Positions 43,719-60,774 of a stretch of 64,000 nucleotides of DNA are shown here, piece by piece. A program made the translations under genes and the position numbers. How positions within the stretch are numbered: the first letter of the stretch is position 1; every line of letters begins with the position of its first letter. Source of the DNA: Dictyostelium discoideum (lineage: Eukaryota); the NCBI GenBank assembly GCA_000004695.1, contig CM000154.2, positions 1,280,001-1,344,000 of the forward strand. Reading direction: 5' to 3'. Under the pieces are notes generated by a model. The model was not told where the DNA came from and ran no database searches. It saw nothing but the letters and a program-made list of their open reading frames with translations.

Positions 43719-45545
43719 TTTGCTATTATTATTTACAAGTTGTTCGGTTGTTGTTGTAGTTGTTATAGTAGTAGTTGTTGTAGTACTATTATTATTATTG
43801 TTGTTATTATTATTATTTGTTGTACCATTATGATTATTTATAAAATCAGAGATACTATATTGTTGAGTTTTAAAATCTTTATCATATGCAAATACTAAAC
43901 CAACACCACCTTCACCACCAAGGTGATCCCAAAACTTATCATCTTCATGACCTTGTCGAAGTTCGATAATATTGGTTGAATCATTTTCGTAGCGTTGAAA
44001 TCTTGAGATGGCAAGTTTGGCAGATTCCAAAAATAAGTCACCCAATTTACCAACACAGCCTTCACCACTCCAAATGTAGATACAATCGGTCACACGAAGT
44101 ATAAAACAACAACGTGCATCCAATGAAAGATAGGAAACGGTTTGAACTCTTTTTGGTACTATTAGTCCATCCAATAGTTGAACCATTCTATAGAGTAGTG
44201 GTTGCTCCTTCACAGAGGGATGTTGAAGATGTTTCAATAGAAATTTATTCCAATACATTAGTTGACCAGTGAAACCAGGATTTGGATTTGAAATGTATCT
44301 TCTCTTTTTGGTGAATTCGTGTGCCTGTTGAAAACTCCATTTATTGATCCACATTAGATAGAGTATAACGAATGCTGAGCTTCTTGAGATACCTTGATGA
44401 CAATGAATATAAACTTTACCATTGGTTTTGGTTGCATCTTGAATGAAATCTAAAATCTCATAGAATAAACAACTAATATCCTCTCCATTGCCATCACTAA
44501 TGAATAAAGTTTTATAAACGAAATGGTCTTGGAAATGATTCGGACAAACCATACCCGCACAATTTAGAATATGTGTTATACCTTCACCCTTTAACAATTG
44601 TAGGTTGGATGCTGGTATTCTACTACCTAAATAGAGTTCATCAACAATTCTATTCAATGTTGGTTCAAAAAATAATATTAACTCTTTTTGTGATAAATGT
44701 TGGAACTCTTCTTGACATTGATCAATTCTATGTGAGACACTTGGTGGTATCATTATATTATTATTATTATTATTATTATTGTGATAACTATTAAGATGAC
44801 TTAAATTTGGTGGTATGGTACCTCTAGGAGTTGATGGTGGAGTAATTCTTAAAGAATTTAAATCTGGTAATTTTAATGATTTCTTTACCCAATTTGTGTT
44901 ATTTGTAGTTGTAGTTGTGGTCGTGGTTGTTGATGATGAGGATGAAGATGTTGATGATGATGGTAATGGCATTGATGACATTGACATTTGCTTACCAAAG
45001 TTTAATGAGGGTACTACTTTTTTAGAAGCATTTGTTATTTGATTATTTGTTGAAGTTGTTGTGGTTGTTGTTGTTGTTGATGATGATACTCCATTACCAT
45101 TTGATTTAGTATTTGATAAATTTAATGAGAGTTTTGGAACCATTATTGGTTTAATTAATTTCTCTTGTTGTATTGGTTCTTGTGATGATGATGATGATGG
45201 TGGTGGTTGTTCTTGATGCTGTGTTATTGGCTGTTGTAAAGGTAAAGATAAGGATGGAATCTTACCTTTTGGAATTTGGATTTTTGGTATTATTGTTGTT
45301 GTTGTTGTGGTAGTTGTTGGTGGTGGGGATGATGTTACATTAATTGTTTTAGTTGGTGAATGTTGCGGTTGTGTTGATCCAGATTTAGAATCAGCTATTG
45401 GTATTGGTAAAAATAATGGGGATGGCGAAGACGATGATGATGAGGGTGATGTTGGTGGAGAGAATGAAAGTTTCTTTAATACTTCAAACAATGGTTTTGT
45501 ATTTATTGATGTATTATCACCATTAGTGATTGGCAGTGATGGTGG

Positions 45546-45625
<80 letters not shown>

Positions 45626-46039
45626 GGGATGGGGAAGGTGGTTGTGATGATTCTTTCTTTTTAACAGTATTGCTTTGGCTCTCATCTTTTTTATTTAAAT
45701 TGTTCAGGTTATTTGGATTGTTATTGTTATTATCATCACCACTACTATTATTATTATTATTATAATTATTACTATTACTAAAGTTAGAGTTATTACTATT
45801 AAAATTTCCATTATTATGATTATTTCCATTATTATTATTATTATTATTATTGTTTTGGTTATGATTATTGTTATTATTATTTTGGTTATTTTGACTATTG
45901 TTATCATTATTGCTATGATTATACTGATTGATTGTTTTTAAATTAACAAATATATTACTTATATTTAAAATAGTTGATGGTTGAGTTATAACCTGAACAG
46001 AAGATGGTATATTATTTCCATTATTAGTTATATTTTGAC

Positions 46040-46132
<93 letters not shown>

Positions 46133-46594
46133 CTTGATTATTATTACAAAAGGTATTAATATTAAAATTTGTCTTTAAAAATGTTGGTTGAAAATTATTT
46201 TTTATAAAATGTTTACAAAAATTGAAAAAATTTTTATTTGGTATTGAATCATCACCATCTTCACTTTGAAATTGAATTGAATTTTCAAAGGGTATTAATT
46301 CTCCATCAAATAAACTGAAATCATTATCAATAAAATAATTTGATATTGGCGAAAAATTTACAAAATTACTATTATTATTATTTATATTATTATTATTATT
46401 GTCAACTAAATAATCAATATTGTTATTACTATTAAGATTACTATTTACACCAATCCTCTTTTCAAATAATTTTTGTATAATTTGAGAGGAATTGTTTGGT
46501 AATTTCCAATATTTATTCGAGTCGTATGATGTAGTTTGAGTGTTGTTATTATTAATATTATTATTATTGTTATTATTATTGTTATTATTATTAA

Positions 46595-46691
<97 letters not shown>

Positions 46692-47096
46692 ATTATGATT
46701 ATTAATATTAATATTAATATTATTATGATTATTAATATTAATATTAATATTATTATTATTATTATTATTATTAGTGATAGCAGCGGTTGTTAATGATGAA
46801 AAAGATGATTCTGAAATGGTTTGTGGTTGTAATGATGATGAAGCTGCTGATGATGATGAAAAAGATGCAGAAGATGATGAGGATAATGATGTAGTTGATG
46901 AAGATGAAGATGTTGGTGATAATAAAGGTGATGATGAAGAAGAAGATGATGGCGACTGTTTTACAGCAAGACTCTCACTAAACTTTAGTGCTTTTGAAAA
47001 TTCAAGTGCTTTTGATAAACAAAATGCACGTGATAATGAATCTGAATTTTTACCATTCCATGTATATAAATCATGTAATAGCTTGCAATTTAATAA

Positions 47097-47130
<34 letters not shown>

Positions 47131-47686
47131 ATTAATACTTTATTTATAATAATAAAATAAAATAAAATAAAATAAAATAAAATAAAATAAAATAAAATAA
47201 ATACCTTATTATTTGAATCAAAATAAGAAAATAATGGATCATGTGATAAAATATTATTTAAACTTCTAGGTGATGATATATATGATTTATTAACATTATT
47301 TTGATTTGAATTAAAAACATGTAAAATTATATAACATTCCGATTGATTATAATTTTTATAATGAAGTAAATCTACAGATTGAAATTGTATTATTGAATCA
47401 CTATTTTGATCCACTAAAACCTTCCAAATAAATAAATAAGACCCAAATATTTCGGCTATTGGTGTTGATGTTGGTGTAACTAAATTACTATAACTACTAC
47501 CACCTCCATTACTATTACTATTACTATTACTACTAATATTACTATTATTATTATTATTATTATTAATATTATTATTATTATTATTATTATTTATATTATT
47601 AAAAAGGTGATGATGATGAATATTATGATTTATTATGGTTGTTGGTATTGAAACTACAAGTGGACTATTTTTACATTTATTTTTAT

Positions 47687-47718
<32 letters not shown>

Positions 47719-47954
47719 CAACTACTACTAACACTATTATTACTACTGTTACTGCTACTGCTATTACTATTATTACAATTATTAATTGTTGTCGTTGTAG
47801 TTGTAGTCGTTGTTGTTATTGTATTTTTAAGTTTTGTATTGGTTGTATTTAAATTTGGTGTTATTGTTGAATTTTGAAAAGATTTAAGGTCATGTACTTT
47901 AAATAAATCATCTAATTGAGGTGGGGAAACACTAACTCCAATTGTATTACCCAT
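43200..47954 (-). CDS. Large low-complexity protein with a dual-specificity protein phosphatase (DSP) catalytic domain and two gelsolin-like repeats. Proposed exons: 47205..47954 and 43200..47081.
   Basis: One long ORF (1584 aa as listed). The 123-nt segment 47082..47204 is bounded by AAG|gtattt and ttgcaag|CTA, consists of (ATAAA)n plus poly-T, and is a multiple of 3, so it reads through in frame but is most likely an intron. Domains: DSP active site VYIHCHQGISRSSAFVILYLM (HCxxGxxRS) with upstream EGITHILNCAG; gelsolin-like segments RCCFILRVTDCIYIWSGEGCVGKLGDLFLESAKLAISRF...ELRQGHEDDKFWDHLGG and LYRFIKEENSWEEYDVFDCEDLADDGLFILISKYDRILYVWIGKD. The rest is poly-N, poly-Q (Q29 from the (CAA)n at 45541..45627), poly-S/T and poly-H tracts. 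Confidence 0.65.
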
Positions 47955-48021
47955 TTTTTTTTTTTTTTAATTGTATTTACTTTTATAAACTTCAACTTTT
48001 ATTTATTTAATTATTCAATTG

Positions 48022-48160
<139 letters not shown>

Positions 48161-48231
48161 TTTGTGTGAGTGTGGTGTAATAACTAAATAAATAATTAAT
48201 TAAAAAAAAATAAATAAAAATTTTTTTTTAA

Positions 48232-48274
<43 letters not shown>

Positions 48275-48721
48275 AAAATTTAGATGATTTTTTGATGGTT
48301 GTTTTTTGTTCTATATTTATAAATATTTCGGTTCCTTTTTATAAGAAAAAAAAAAGGTGTGTTTATGTAGGTTTTTTAATTCTTTTTTTATTTCTTTATA
48401 AAACCTTTTTCTCTCTCTTTTGGATATTATATATAAATAGTATATATAATAATATATTATGAAAGATAATAAGTTTCTGTATTTAAATCACCATAACTAA
48501 TTCGTATTTTTTTATTTTTATTTTTTTTTTTGTTTATTTTATTTTGTTTTATTTATTTTATTTTATTTTTTTTTTTTTGTTTATTTTTATAAGAATAATT
48601 ATAAATATGTTATTATAAATTCGATGTGTGTGAGTGTGTGTGTGTGGAAAATTATTTTTATATTGATTATAAAAATAGAAAATTAAAAATTATATATATA
48701 GTAAAAATAAATAAATAGATA

Positions 48722-48752
<31 letters not shown>

Positions 48753-49696
48753 GATAATTTATAAAAAAAAAAAAAAGGGACAATTACACGAATTTATTTA
48801 ATTTATTTAATATGTCATAAAATAAATAAAAAAAAAAAAAAAAAAAAAAAATTAAAAAAAATTAAAAAAAAAATAAAAAAATAAAAAAAAAAATTAAAAA
48901 AAAAATTTTCAAATTAAAAAAAAAAAAATAAAATTAAAAATAAAAATAATGAGATATAAAAAAAAAAAAAAAAAAAAAAAACCCAATTTTTGAATCAAAA
49001 ATTAGTTTTTTTTTTTTTTTTTATTGAGTTATTGATTTAAATTTGAGTGTGAATTTTGTGTGTGTGTTTTTATGTGTTTTTGGAAAGTTGTGGCATGATT
49101 TATCATTTGATCAAATCAAAATTTTCAATTTTTTTTTTTTAATTTTTTTTGTAATATTTATAATTTTAAAAAGCCACCTCAATTTAAAAAACTTCTTTGT
49201 AAAAAAAAAAGTTTTCTCTCTCTTAAAATTATTTTTTATTTTTTTTCTTTTATTTTTTATTTTTTTTTGCAGATTTAAAAAATCACACTTTATTGGATAT
49301 TTTAAAACCTGATTTCGTAAAACAGCCAATCCACAATAAAATTTCTCCATATTCCAATAACAGATTTATCTCACAAAAAAAAAAAATAAAAAATAAAAAA
49401 TAAAAAATAAAAAAAAAAAAAATTAAAAAAAATTAAAAAAAAATTAAAAAAAATTAAAAAAAAATAAATAAAAAAAAAAAAATATCTTTTTGACAAAGGA
49501 GGAATAATAAAATAATTTAAAAATAGACTTTTTAGTTTTTTTTTTTTTTTAATTTTACAAAACATTCTCAAAATTGTTTCATTAGGAATTGATTTTTTTT
49601 TTTTTTTTAATTTTTTTTTTTGGTTTCCATAAAAGGTAATTCAGGAAAAGTAGCAGTTCCAATGCTTTTTTTTTATTAATTTTTTTTTTTTTTTTT

Positions 49697-50099
49697 CTAA
49701 AGAGTATCTTCGGCATCAGTAAAATATTCATCACTATCACTACTACTGCCGTCTATTTCACTAATGCTGATGAAAATTGAATCTTTGGAAACATTTGTAT
49801 CATTGTTGGTTTGAGATTCACATGTATCAATATCTTGATACTCATAATTTGATTCTAATGTTGAGTTTGTTTTTGATTTAAAAGAAACTTTTGAGGATGG
49901 TTTATTTTCTGGTTCTGATGAAATATCTGGTTCTGATAAATCTGATTCATCTGAGGAAGGTTCTATACCAGACTCAAAAGAAGAGCTCAAGCTCGATTCT
50001 GAATCAGAGTCAGAGTTCTGGTTTGATTCAGAATCAGAGTTCTGGTCTGAATCAGAGTCAGAGTTCTGGCCTGATACAGAGTTCTGGGCTGGGCACTCC

Positions 50100-50155
<56 letters not shown>

Positions 50156-51702
50156 AAGGGTGTGGTCATTATGATAATTATTATTATTATTATTATCATC
50201 ATCACCATCATCAACATCATCATCATCATCATCATCTTCTTCTTCTTCTTCTTCATTATCATCATCATCATAATTGTCCTCATCATCATAGTCGTCTTCA
50301 TCGTAATTATCGTCACCATTATTATTATCATCAAGGTTATATTGTATTTTTGGATGGTTCGATTTGATATGTTTTAAAAGGTAATCATTTCTTTTAAAGC
50401 TAGAATCACATATTTCACAACTGAATCTAGTGATTGTGTCAATTGATTTCTTGTGAAACTTTCTGATATGTTTGGTAAGATTGCTTTGAGTCGAAAAGAT
50501 TTTGTTACAATGTTTACATTCTTTTTTTTTTTTCAACTCATTCTCAATTTTACTGATTTCTTCACCATTAATATCAGTTTTTTTATCTTTATGAATCGCT
50601 TTAATATGTCTTATTAAATTATATCTTTTAGTAGAGTAATATGAATTACATAAGCCACATTTAAATTTTGGTTTTGGGTTATGTCCTTTTTCCATTTGGC
50701 AATTCGTACTACAATCATAGTGAGAAGAATTTTCATGTCTTAAAACGTGGTCTTTTGAATTATTAGTGAATTTGGAACCATTTGCACCCTTTAAACAAAT
50801 TTCATGTCTACACTCTTTTGTAGCCTCCATTTTTAAGGTTGAATTTTTGGTAGGAGTTTTACTTTTAATATTTTGAATTTTATTTTCTTTGTTCTGTATT
50901 TCTTTTTCTGTTTTCTTTTTTCTTTCGTTTTCTTTTTTTCTTTCGTTTTCTTTTTTTCTTTCGTTTTCTTTTTTTCTTTCGTTTCCATTTTCATTTTCAT
51001 TTTCTTTTTCTTTTTCATTTTCGTTTTCATTTTCATTTTCATTTCCTTTTTCATTTTCATTTTCATTTTCATTTTCATTTCCTTTTTCTTTTTCTTTTTC
51101 ATTTATTGGTTCAATACCACTATATCCATTGTGATCATCTCTATTATTGCTATGATTAAAATCGTTATAATCATTACTGTTATCACCACTAGAATTAAAA
51201 TCGCTGGTGGTATAGTCACTAGTCTTATTACTATCATTATCAGAATTCTTCATTCCATTATCATTTGCTATTGGTAGAGATGCAGTTGATGGGGTTTTAG
51301 CAGAAGTTGTAGTTTTTGTTTTGGATGGATCTATATTACCTGTTTGATGTTGTGCAGTTTTTTTGGGTGATTCTAAATATAAAGGTTGGTTTGTTTCCAA
51401 AGATTGATCTATTGAATTTGGTGTTTGTTGATCATTTGGTTCTAATGATTGATTTAAGGTTGATTTTTGGTGTGCTGTTTTTGATTTTAAATGTTGTTCT
51501 GTATATTTTGGTTTTGAGTCAGATGGAAGTGGTTTTTGTAATTGTTTATTGATGATTGAGTTTTGTAGTTGCTCTTTTGGTGGAGGTTTCTCAAGGGTTT
51601 TTAATCTAAATGGTGAGGTGGTTATTGAAGATATTGATTCAAAAGTTTTCGAAAGCAATGATTTTATGTTCTTTCTTTCATTTTCATTATTGTAATTAAT
51701 AG

Positions 51703-51736
<34 letters not shown>

Positions 51737-52090
51737 ACTTTCTTTATTATTTTTATTAATTGCAACATCTTTTTTTTTATTTTCACTTGAATCTTTAATT
51801 TGGATTCTAGCATTTTCATTGTTTTCATCGTCTTTGTCATTTTCATTTTCACCCCCATCATCATCCATTAATAAAGCATTTGTGATTTTATTAATTGTAT
51901 GCTTTTTGTTTGGTAAACTGAGTTCATCTGGTTCTGAATCTGAACCCCAAGGATCTTTTCTTTTATTTGTGAGGGGTTGTCTTTTTTTTGTAAGTGTTTT
52001 TTTAATTTCATTTTTTTCAATTCCCCCGCTATTGTCCCTTTTAAAAAATGAAAATAATATCGATGAGCTTGAAGTTGTTGTATTACTCAT
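49697..52090 (-). CDS. C2H2 zinc-finger protein with acidic and (ENEN/K)-repeat low-complexity regions; apparently a single exon
   Basis: ORF 49697..52180. The first 30 codons (MSHFFFLKNFFF...) look like AT-rich leader, so the likely start is MSNTTTSSS at 52090. It carries at least four C2H2 fingers: HYDCSTNCQ..., FKCGLCNSYYSTKRYNLIRHIKAIH, KECKHCNKIFSTQSNLTKHIRKFH, FSCEICDSSFKRNDYLLKHIKSNH. There is a D/E-rich tract, a (GNENENENEK)n tract and poly-N (from the (TTA)n at 50101..50150). The overlapping opposite-strand ORFs are artefacts. Confidence 0.6.
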
Positions 52091-52302
52091 TTTTATTTTA
52101 TTTTGTTTGAAATACTCTTGATATATGTTTATCAAATAAATAATGAAAAAAAAATTTTTTAAAAAAAAAAAATGAGACAAATTCGGCTCTTTAAGAATAA
52201 AAAAAAAAAAAATTTTTAAAAAAAAAAAATAATCTTTGCAATTTTAGTCAATTTACAAATTTTACCGCCTATTTTTTTTTTTTTTTTTTTCTCAATTTAA
52301 AA

Positions 52303-53472
<1,170 letters not shown>

Positions 53473-53498
53473 TTAATTGGGTGTGGTTTAAATAATAT

Positions 53499-54171
53499 TT
53501 ATTCGTAAATTGTGTCAACGGGTTTAGAAACAGAATTATTTTCATTTTTCTTCTTAAGTTTATCTGCTTCAATTATTTTTCTAATATCATCTTCACTAAG
53601 ATTTTCCAATTCTTCCAATGATTTCTTTGCCAATTCTATGGGATAATAAAAATAAAAATAAAAATAATAAAAATAATAATAATAAAAAAAAAGAAAGTTT
53701 TCGTTAATAATATGAAAACAAAGATAATAATAATAATAATGATAATAATAATAATAATTAATAGTTACGTAGTCTTTGATATTTCAAATACCAAATATAA
53801 TATAATATAGATAAACAAGCTATAGCAAGTAACATTGTAAAATAAATAATAAATGCTTCTTTTTTTGATTTTACAACAATTGGACCTCTTCCTGAACTTA
53901 ATGGTGGTGGAGGCTGTTTAAATGAACTATAAAATCTATTATTTTTAATATTAAATTGTTTTATTGTTGTTGTATTGATATTATTATAATTATTTTCAAA
54001 TAAAGATATTCTACTATTGTTTATGAATGATGAACTGTTTTTTTCATTCATTATTAAATTATTTGATGATTTTGTAAAAATTGAACGATTAATTGTGATT
54101 CCATTTATAAAAGGTGTGGAAGACTTTTGTATTTGTATATTCTTTAAAATGTTTAAACTATTTTTTATCAT
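53499..54171 (-). CDS. Hypothetical single-pass membrane protein of about 179 aa. Two exons: 53769..54171 and 53499..53635.
   Basis: Exon 1 MIKNSLNILKN...SGRGPIVVKSKKEAFIIYFTMLLAIACLSILYYIWYLKYQRL(c)|gtaact. ccatag|AA TTG... gives (Q)LAKKSLEELENLSEDDIRKIIEADKLKKKNENNSVSKPVDTIYE*. One predicted TM helix. The junction is tentative. Confidence 0.4.
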
Positions 54172-54322
54172 TTTTTATTCCTTTATTTCTTTATTTCTTT
54201 ATTTCTTTATTTTGAAAATGAAAATTAAAAAAAAAAAAAAAAGAAAAAAAAAAAGTTTTTTTTTTTTTTTTTTTTCGTTGTGTTTTTCGTTATGTTTTTT
54301 TTTTTTTTTTTTAAACACATTA

Positions 54323-56548
<2,226 letters not shown>

Positions 56549-56626
56549 AAAAAAAAAATCAAAATCTAAAATTTAAATAAAATAAAACATAATAACTTAA
56601 ATCAATTTTTTTATTTTTTTATTTAT

Positions 56627-58148
56627 TTATTTATTTGTTAAATTATTAATAAATGAATTATGATTATTTGATCTTGACCAAACTTTAATGGTTTGATCAT
56701 CAGAAGCTGAACAAAATATAAAAGGATTACAAGGTGACCAACAAACAGTATTAACGGTACCACTATGACGAGATAGAGTTTCCAATAGGATACCACTTGA
56801 ACGATGCCAAATATAGATTGTTGAATCTTCAGAACCACTTAATACAAAAGCTTGATCGACACCACCAAAACAAGAACGAATTACAAAACGACCTTGTTTA
56901 TGACCTCTATATTTTTGAACGATAATTTGTTTCTCTAAATCCCAAAGATGAATTTCTTGATTCGATGTATTAACCAATGCAAAATTACAATCATTTGATA
57001 GTTCCATTGAGGTTATTGCATCGGTTTCCATTAAAACAACCTCTGGTGTTTTTTCATTCTCTAAATCGTAGATTCTTAATTTCTTCTCTTGACATATTAT
57101 AATTAATTGTTTACCATCTTTATGAATTGATAAATCATTTACTCTTGCACATGCCCATGATTTAATTGGTGAAATATTATTATTATTATTACCATTATTA
57201 TTACTACCATTAATACTATTACCATTTATATTACTATTATTATTATTGTGATTATTATTATTATTATTACTGTTCGTTAAATCTAAATTTTCAATTGACC
57301 ATAAATAAATATTTTTATCATTACCACCTGAAACAAATCTTTTATTATCAGGATGCCAACCACAACAAGTTACAGCGTCGGAATGTTTTGTAAAAGTTTT
57401 TAGTAAAGTACCATCATTTGTGTTCCAAAGTTTAACGGTACTATCGTTTGAAGCACTTAGGAGATATTTATCATTTGGACTCCAAGATAAATGAGAGACC
57501 TCTTTAGTATGACCTAATAAAATGAACATAACCTTTGGTTCAGTAGGTTGATCCAAATAGATGGTTGACATATCCCAAATGATGATTGTATTATCCTTTG
57601 AGCTACTTGCTAATCTTTGACCATCATGAGAGAATGTAATGAACCAAATCTCATCACGATGTTTATCTTTTAATGTGAATAGAACGTCTAATGGCATTTG
57701 ACTCTTATCACATGTATGATCTTTAAATAGATTAATAAATTGCTCGGATGTATTGTGATAAAGACATTTACCCATTTGATATTGAATCGATTGTTTAATC
57801 AATTGTTCTAAACGATTCTCTGGTAACATTATATTTGGATTCACATATTTTCTAATATCATCCAATAGGTTTACACGTGATGATCTCTGTTTGATTTGTT
57901 TCTTTGTTTCACTTGAATTCGATGTCATTATCAATGATGTTAATACCTGTAATCTACTCGTATCCTTTGTATAAGGTGTTATCTCTAATCTTAAACATTC
58001 TAATGCTTCTTTTATTTTATGATTTTCTAAATATTCTAAAAATTTTTGACTATATACTAAAAATTTTACATTCTTTTTTTTTAAATTTAAAAAAAAAAAA
58101 ATAAAAAAATAAAAAATAAAAAAATATATATATATTAGTTTTTTATTA

Positions 58149-58233
<85 letters not shown>

Positions 58234-58932
58234 ATCAATATTCAATTATTACATTTGTGTCAAATTCATTTAATTTTAAAAATGGTAATAATTCCTCAAC
58301 TTTATTCCAATCACCACTAACTACACATTCTGAAAATTGATTAATTTCTTTTGATTGTAATGATATTCCACTATCTTTTTCTAAAAATTCTGCTGATTTA
58401 CTTTTTTTTTTTTTTTTATTATTATTTTTTTAATTTTTGTAAAGATTTGAGAAAAAAAAAAAAAAAAAATTAATAATTTTGATTTGAAAAATTAAAAATA
58501 AAAACAATTAAACCCTTACTCATAACCTAAACTATTTAATGATTGTATTAAAAGTCTAACTAATTCACTTCTATTAAAGAATGGTTCTTTATTATTATGA
58601 TTATCTTGAATTTTTAAATCTTCATCATTATTATTATTATTATTTACTTCTTTTCCATTCTCATTTAATTGTACTTTATTATCTAGAGGCATATTGAATT
58701 TTATATTTAATCTTTGTTTTTTATGTGGTCTATCTGATATTGGATGATTAGTTTCTTCTTCTTCTTCTTCTTCACCTTGTTGTTCTTCAACTCGCTGTTC
58801 TACTCTATCTTCAATATTGTTATTTACAATGGCGCTATTATTATTATTACTAATATTATCTATATTATTATTATTATTATTTTGTTCGCTATTCAAATTT
58901 GATAGAGGTGAATTTAACACCCTCCCACCCAA
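56627..58932 (-). CDS. WDR26/Gid7-like protein (LisH + CTLH + WD40). Exons: 58520..58932 (5' end unresolved), 58253..58400, 56627..58072.
   Basis: Exon 1 ...HKKQRLNIKFNMPLDNK...EPFFNRSELVRLLIQSLNSLGY(ga)|gtaagg (LisH). Exon 2 (D)KSAEFLEKDSGISLQSKEINQFSECVVSGDWNKVEELLPFLKLNEFDTN|gtaata. Exon 3 NVKFLVYSQKFLEYLENHKIKEALECLRLEITPYTKDTSRLQVLTSLIMTSNSS...LPENRLEQLIKQSIQYQMGKCLYHNT... plus 7 WD40 repeats. It is collinear with human WDR26. The track ORF 58516..58932 starts at TTG, not ATG. That frame stays open upstream to a TAG with no ATG, so the true initiator is undetermined (an upstream exon, or the internal ATG at 58692). The plus ORF 57904..58104 is an artefact. Confidence 0.75.
58156..58232. 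repeat. (ATT)n microsatellite inside intron 2 of the WDR26-like gene
   Basis: Direct reading. Confidence 0.85.
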
Positions 58933-59548
58933 ACTAGAATTATTATTTTGATCCGTTATGATTGTAATTTTGAATTGATCACTCCTATCTCTCTCTCTCT
59001 TTTTTTTTAATACTATACTATTTATTATTATTTTTTATTTTTATTAAATATGATATCAATAAGGAACTAATACACAACAATGAATTATTCCTTATCTTTT
59101 CCAATTTATAAAAATAACAATGATAATATAATATTATTAAAAAAAAAAAAAAAAAAAGAATTAAATGTGAAATTTGATTTAATAAAATTGAATTTTAATT
59201 TATTTTTTTATTATTTTATTTTTTTTTATTGTATCTTGTTTTATTTGTTTGTTTTATAAAAAAAAAAAAATAAAAAAAAAATAAAAAAATAAAAAAATAA
59301 AATTTTAAATTAAAAAAAAAAAAAAAAATTTTAAATTAAAAAAAAAAAAAAAAATATAAAAAACAAAAAAAAATAAAAAAAAAAAAAAACTTTTATTGAC
59401 TCTAGATTTAAACTTTTTTTTTATTTTTTTAAAAAATAATTAATAAATAAATTAAAATTTAAAAAGTGAATATATAAAAAATTAAAATTTATTATATTTA
59501 TTTTTAAAAAAAAAAAAATAGAAAATAATAATTAAATATTATTATTAT

Positions 59549-60470
59549 TTAATTTAAACCCAATAATTGTGATGAAATTTGATTTAATGGGAAATCTTTA
59601 AGTTCATCTGAATTTTCAATTATTGATTTAATTTGATTTTTACGATGTTGATAACGGACTGAATTGACGGTACTGGTTGGAAATATCTTTATAAATTGGG
59701 CCATTCTTGGATTGAAACTTTTATTTGACATACTACCATGTGGCATTTGTTGATTCCAAACTACTATACTTCCCTTTCTCATTGATATTCTTTTGGCATA
59801 TTTAAATGCGATATCTTTTTTATCGAAATTCCAACTTGGACTTGTGTATTGTGGTTTTTTCGATGTAAAATATTCGTTGAATATAGTGTGAAACCCTGGT
59901 GTCACACAATAGCCCCCATCAAGTTCTTGGTTATCCAACAGGTTTATCACACCTTGTAATTGCAAACCGTCATTTTGGGTGGGTTGGTTATTCTCCACAA
60001 TGAATTCACCCAATCTTGCGTATGTCAATTTACTCAATTCCTCTCTACAAATGTCGCCATTACCCATCCAATTGTATGGATTCATATCTAAATGAACATT
60101 GTCATTTGTCTTCCATTTTGGGTTCACCAATGTTGGTCTAAAGAAACATGCCCTGTCATGGTTTACCATTAAATCTTGATTCTTTAATAATTTAGAAAAT
60201 ACTTTATAAACATTTGGATTGGTACGATTCATTAAAAATTGTTTTTTAAATATTGGTGGTTTACTTGGTGATCCATACTGTGGTATTGACGAACCATCTT
60301 CTGAAAATGTTTGATCCCATGTACTTTGGTCATTTCTATCAAATGTTTTAACTTTACTTTCTATTATATCAAATATTTCACCAACTGTTTTATTACAATC
60401 TTCTTCACTTATTACATTTCTTATTACTAAAAATCCATATCTTTCAAAAAATTCATAAGGATTATTTTCT

Positions 60471-60513
<43 letters not shown>

Positions 60514-60598
60514 AGTTATCTAAATCCTCTAATGAAAATGATTTAGAATATCCTTCATTATCAATTGAAATTTTAAATGATTTTAAAATTTCTTCCAT
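59549..60598 (-). CDS. Phytanoyl-CoA dioxygenase (PhyH)-like 2-oxoglutarate/Fe(II)-dependent oxygenase; single exon
   Basis: 349-aa ORF. N-terminal FFERYGFLVIRNVISEEDC is typical of PhyH-family starts. Candidate iron ligands HLDMNPY (HxD) and a distal ...MPHGS... His. Poly-N insert. The family assignment is by motif only. Confidence 0.5.
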
Positions 60599-60726
60599 TT
60601 TATTATTATTTTTATTTTTTTATTATTATTACTTTTGATCTATCCTTGTTTTTTTTTTTTTTTTTGGTGGTTTTTTGACTTTTTTTTATTTTTTTTTTTT
60701 TTGGGAAATTTCACATTTTTCTTATT

Positions 60727-60774
<48 letters not shown>

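Noticed and set aside
45307-47160. Plus-strand ORFs 45307..45765, 46536..46793 and 46774..47160 (poly-C, poly-I and D/E-rich)
   Set aside because: They are antisense to the poly-Q/poly-N/poly-S tracts of the large DSP gene.
50873-51277. Plus-strand F/S-rich ORFs and other overlapping ORFs inside 49697..52180
   Set aside because: They are antisense to or frame-shifted from the E/N/K repeat region of the C2H2 zinc-finger gene.
54017-54322. N-terminal 100 codons of ORF 54017..56548
   Set aside because: They overlap the 5' exon of the minus-strand gene 53769..54171, then run through poly-T/poly-A. They are treated as non-coding; the CDS start is moved to ATG 54323, and even that is uncertain.
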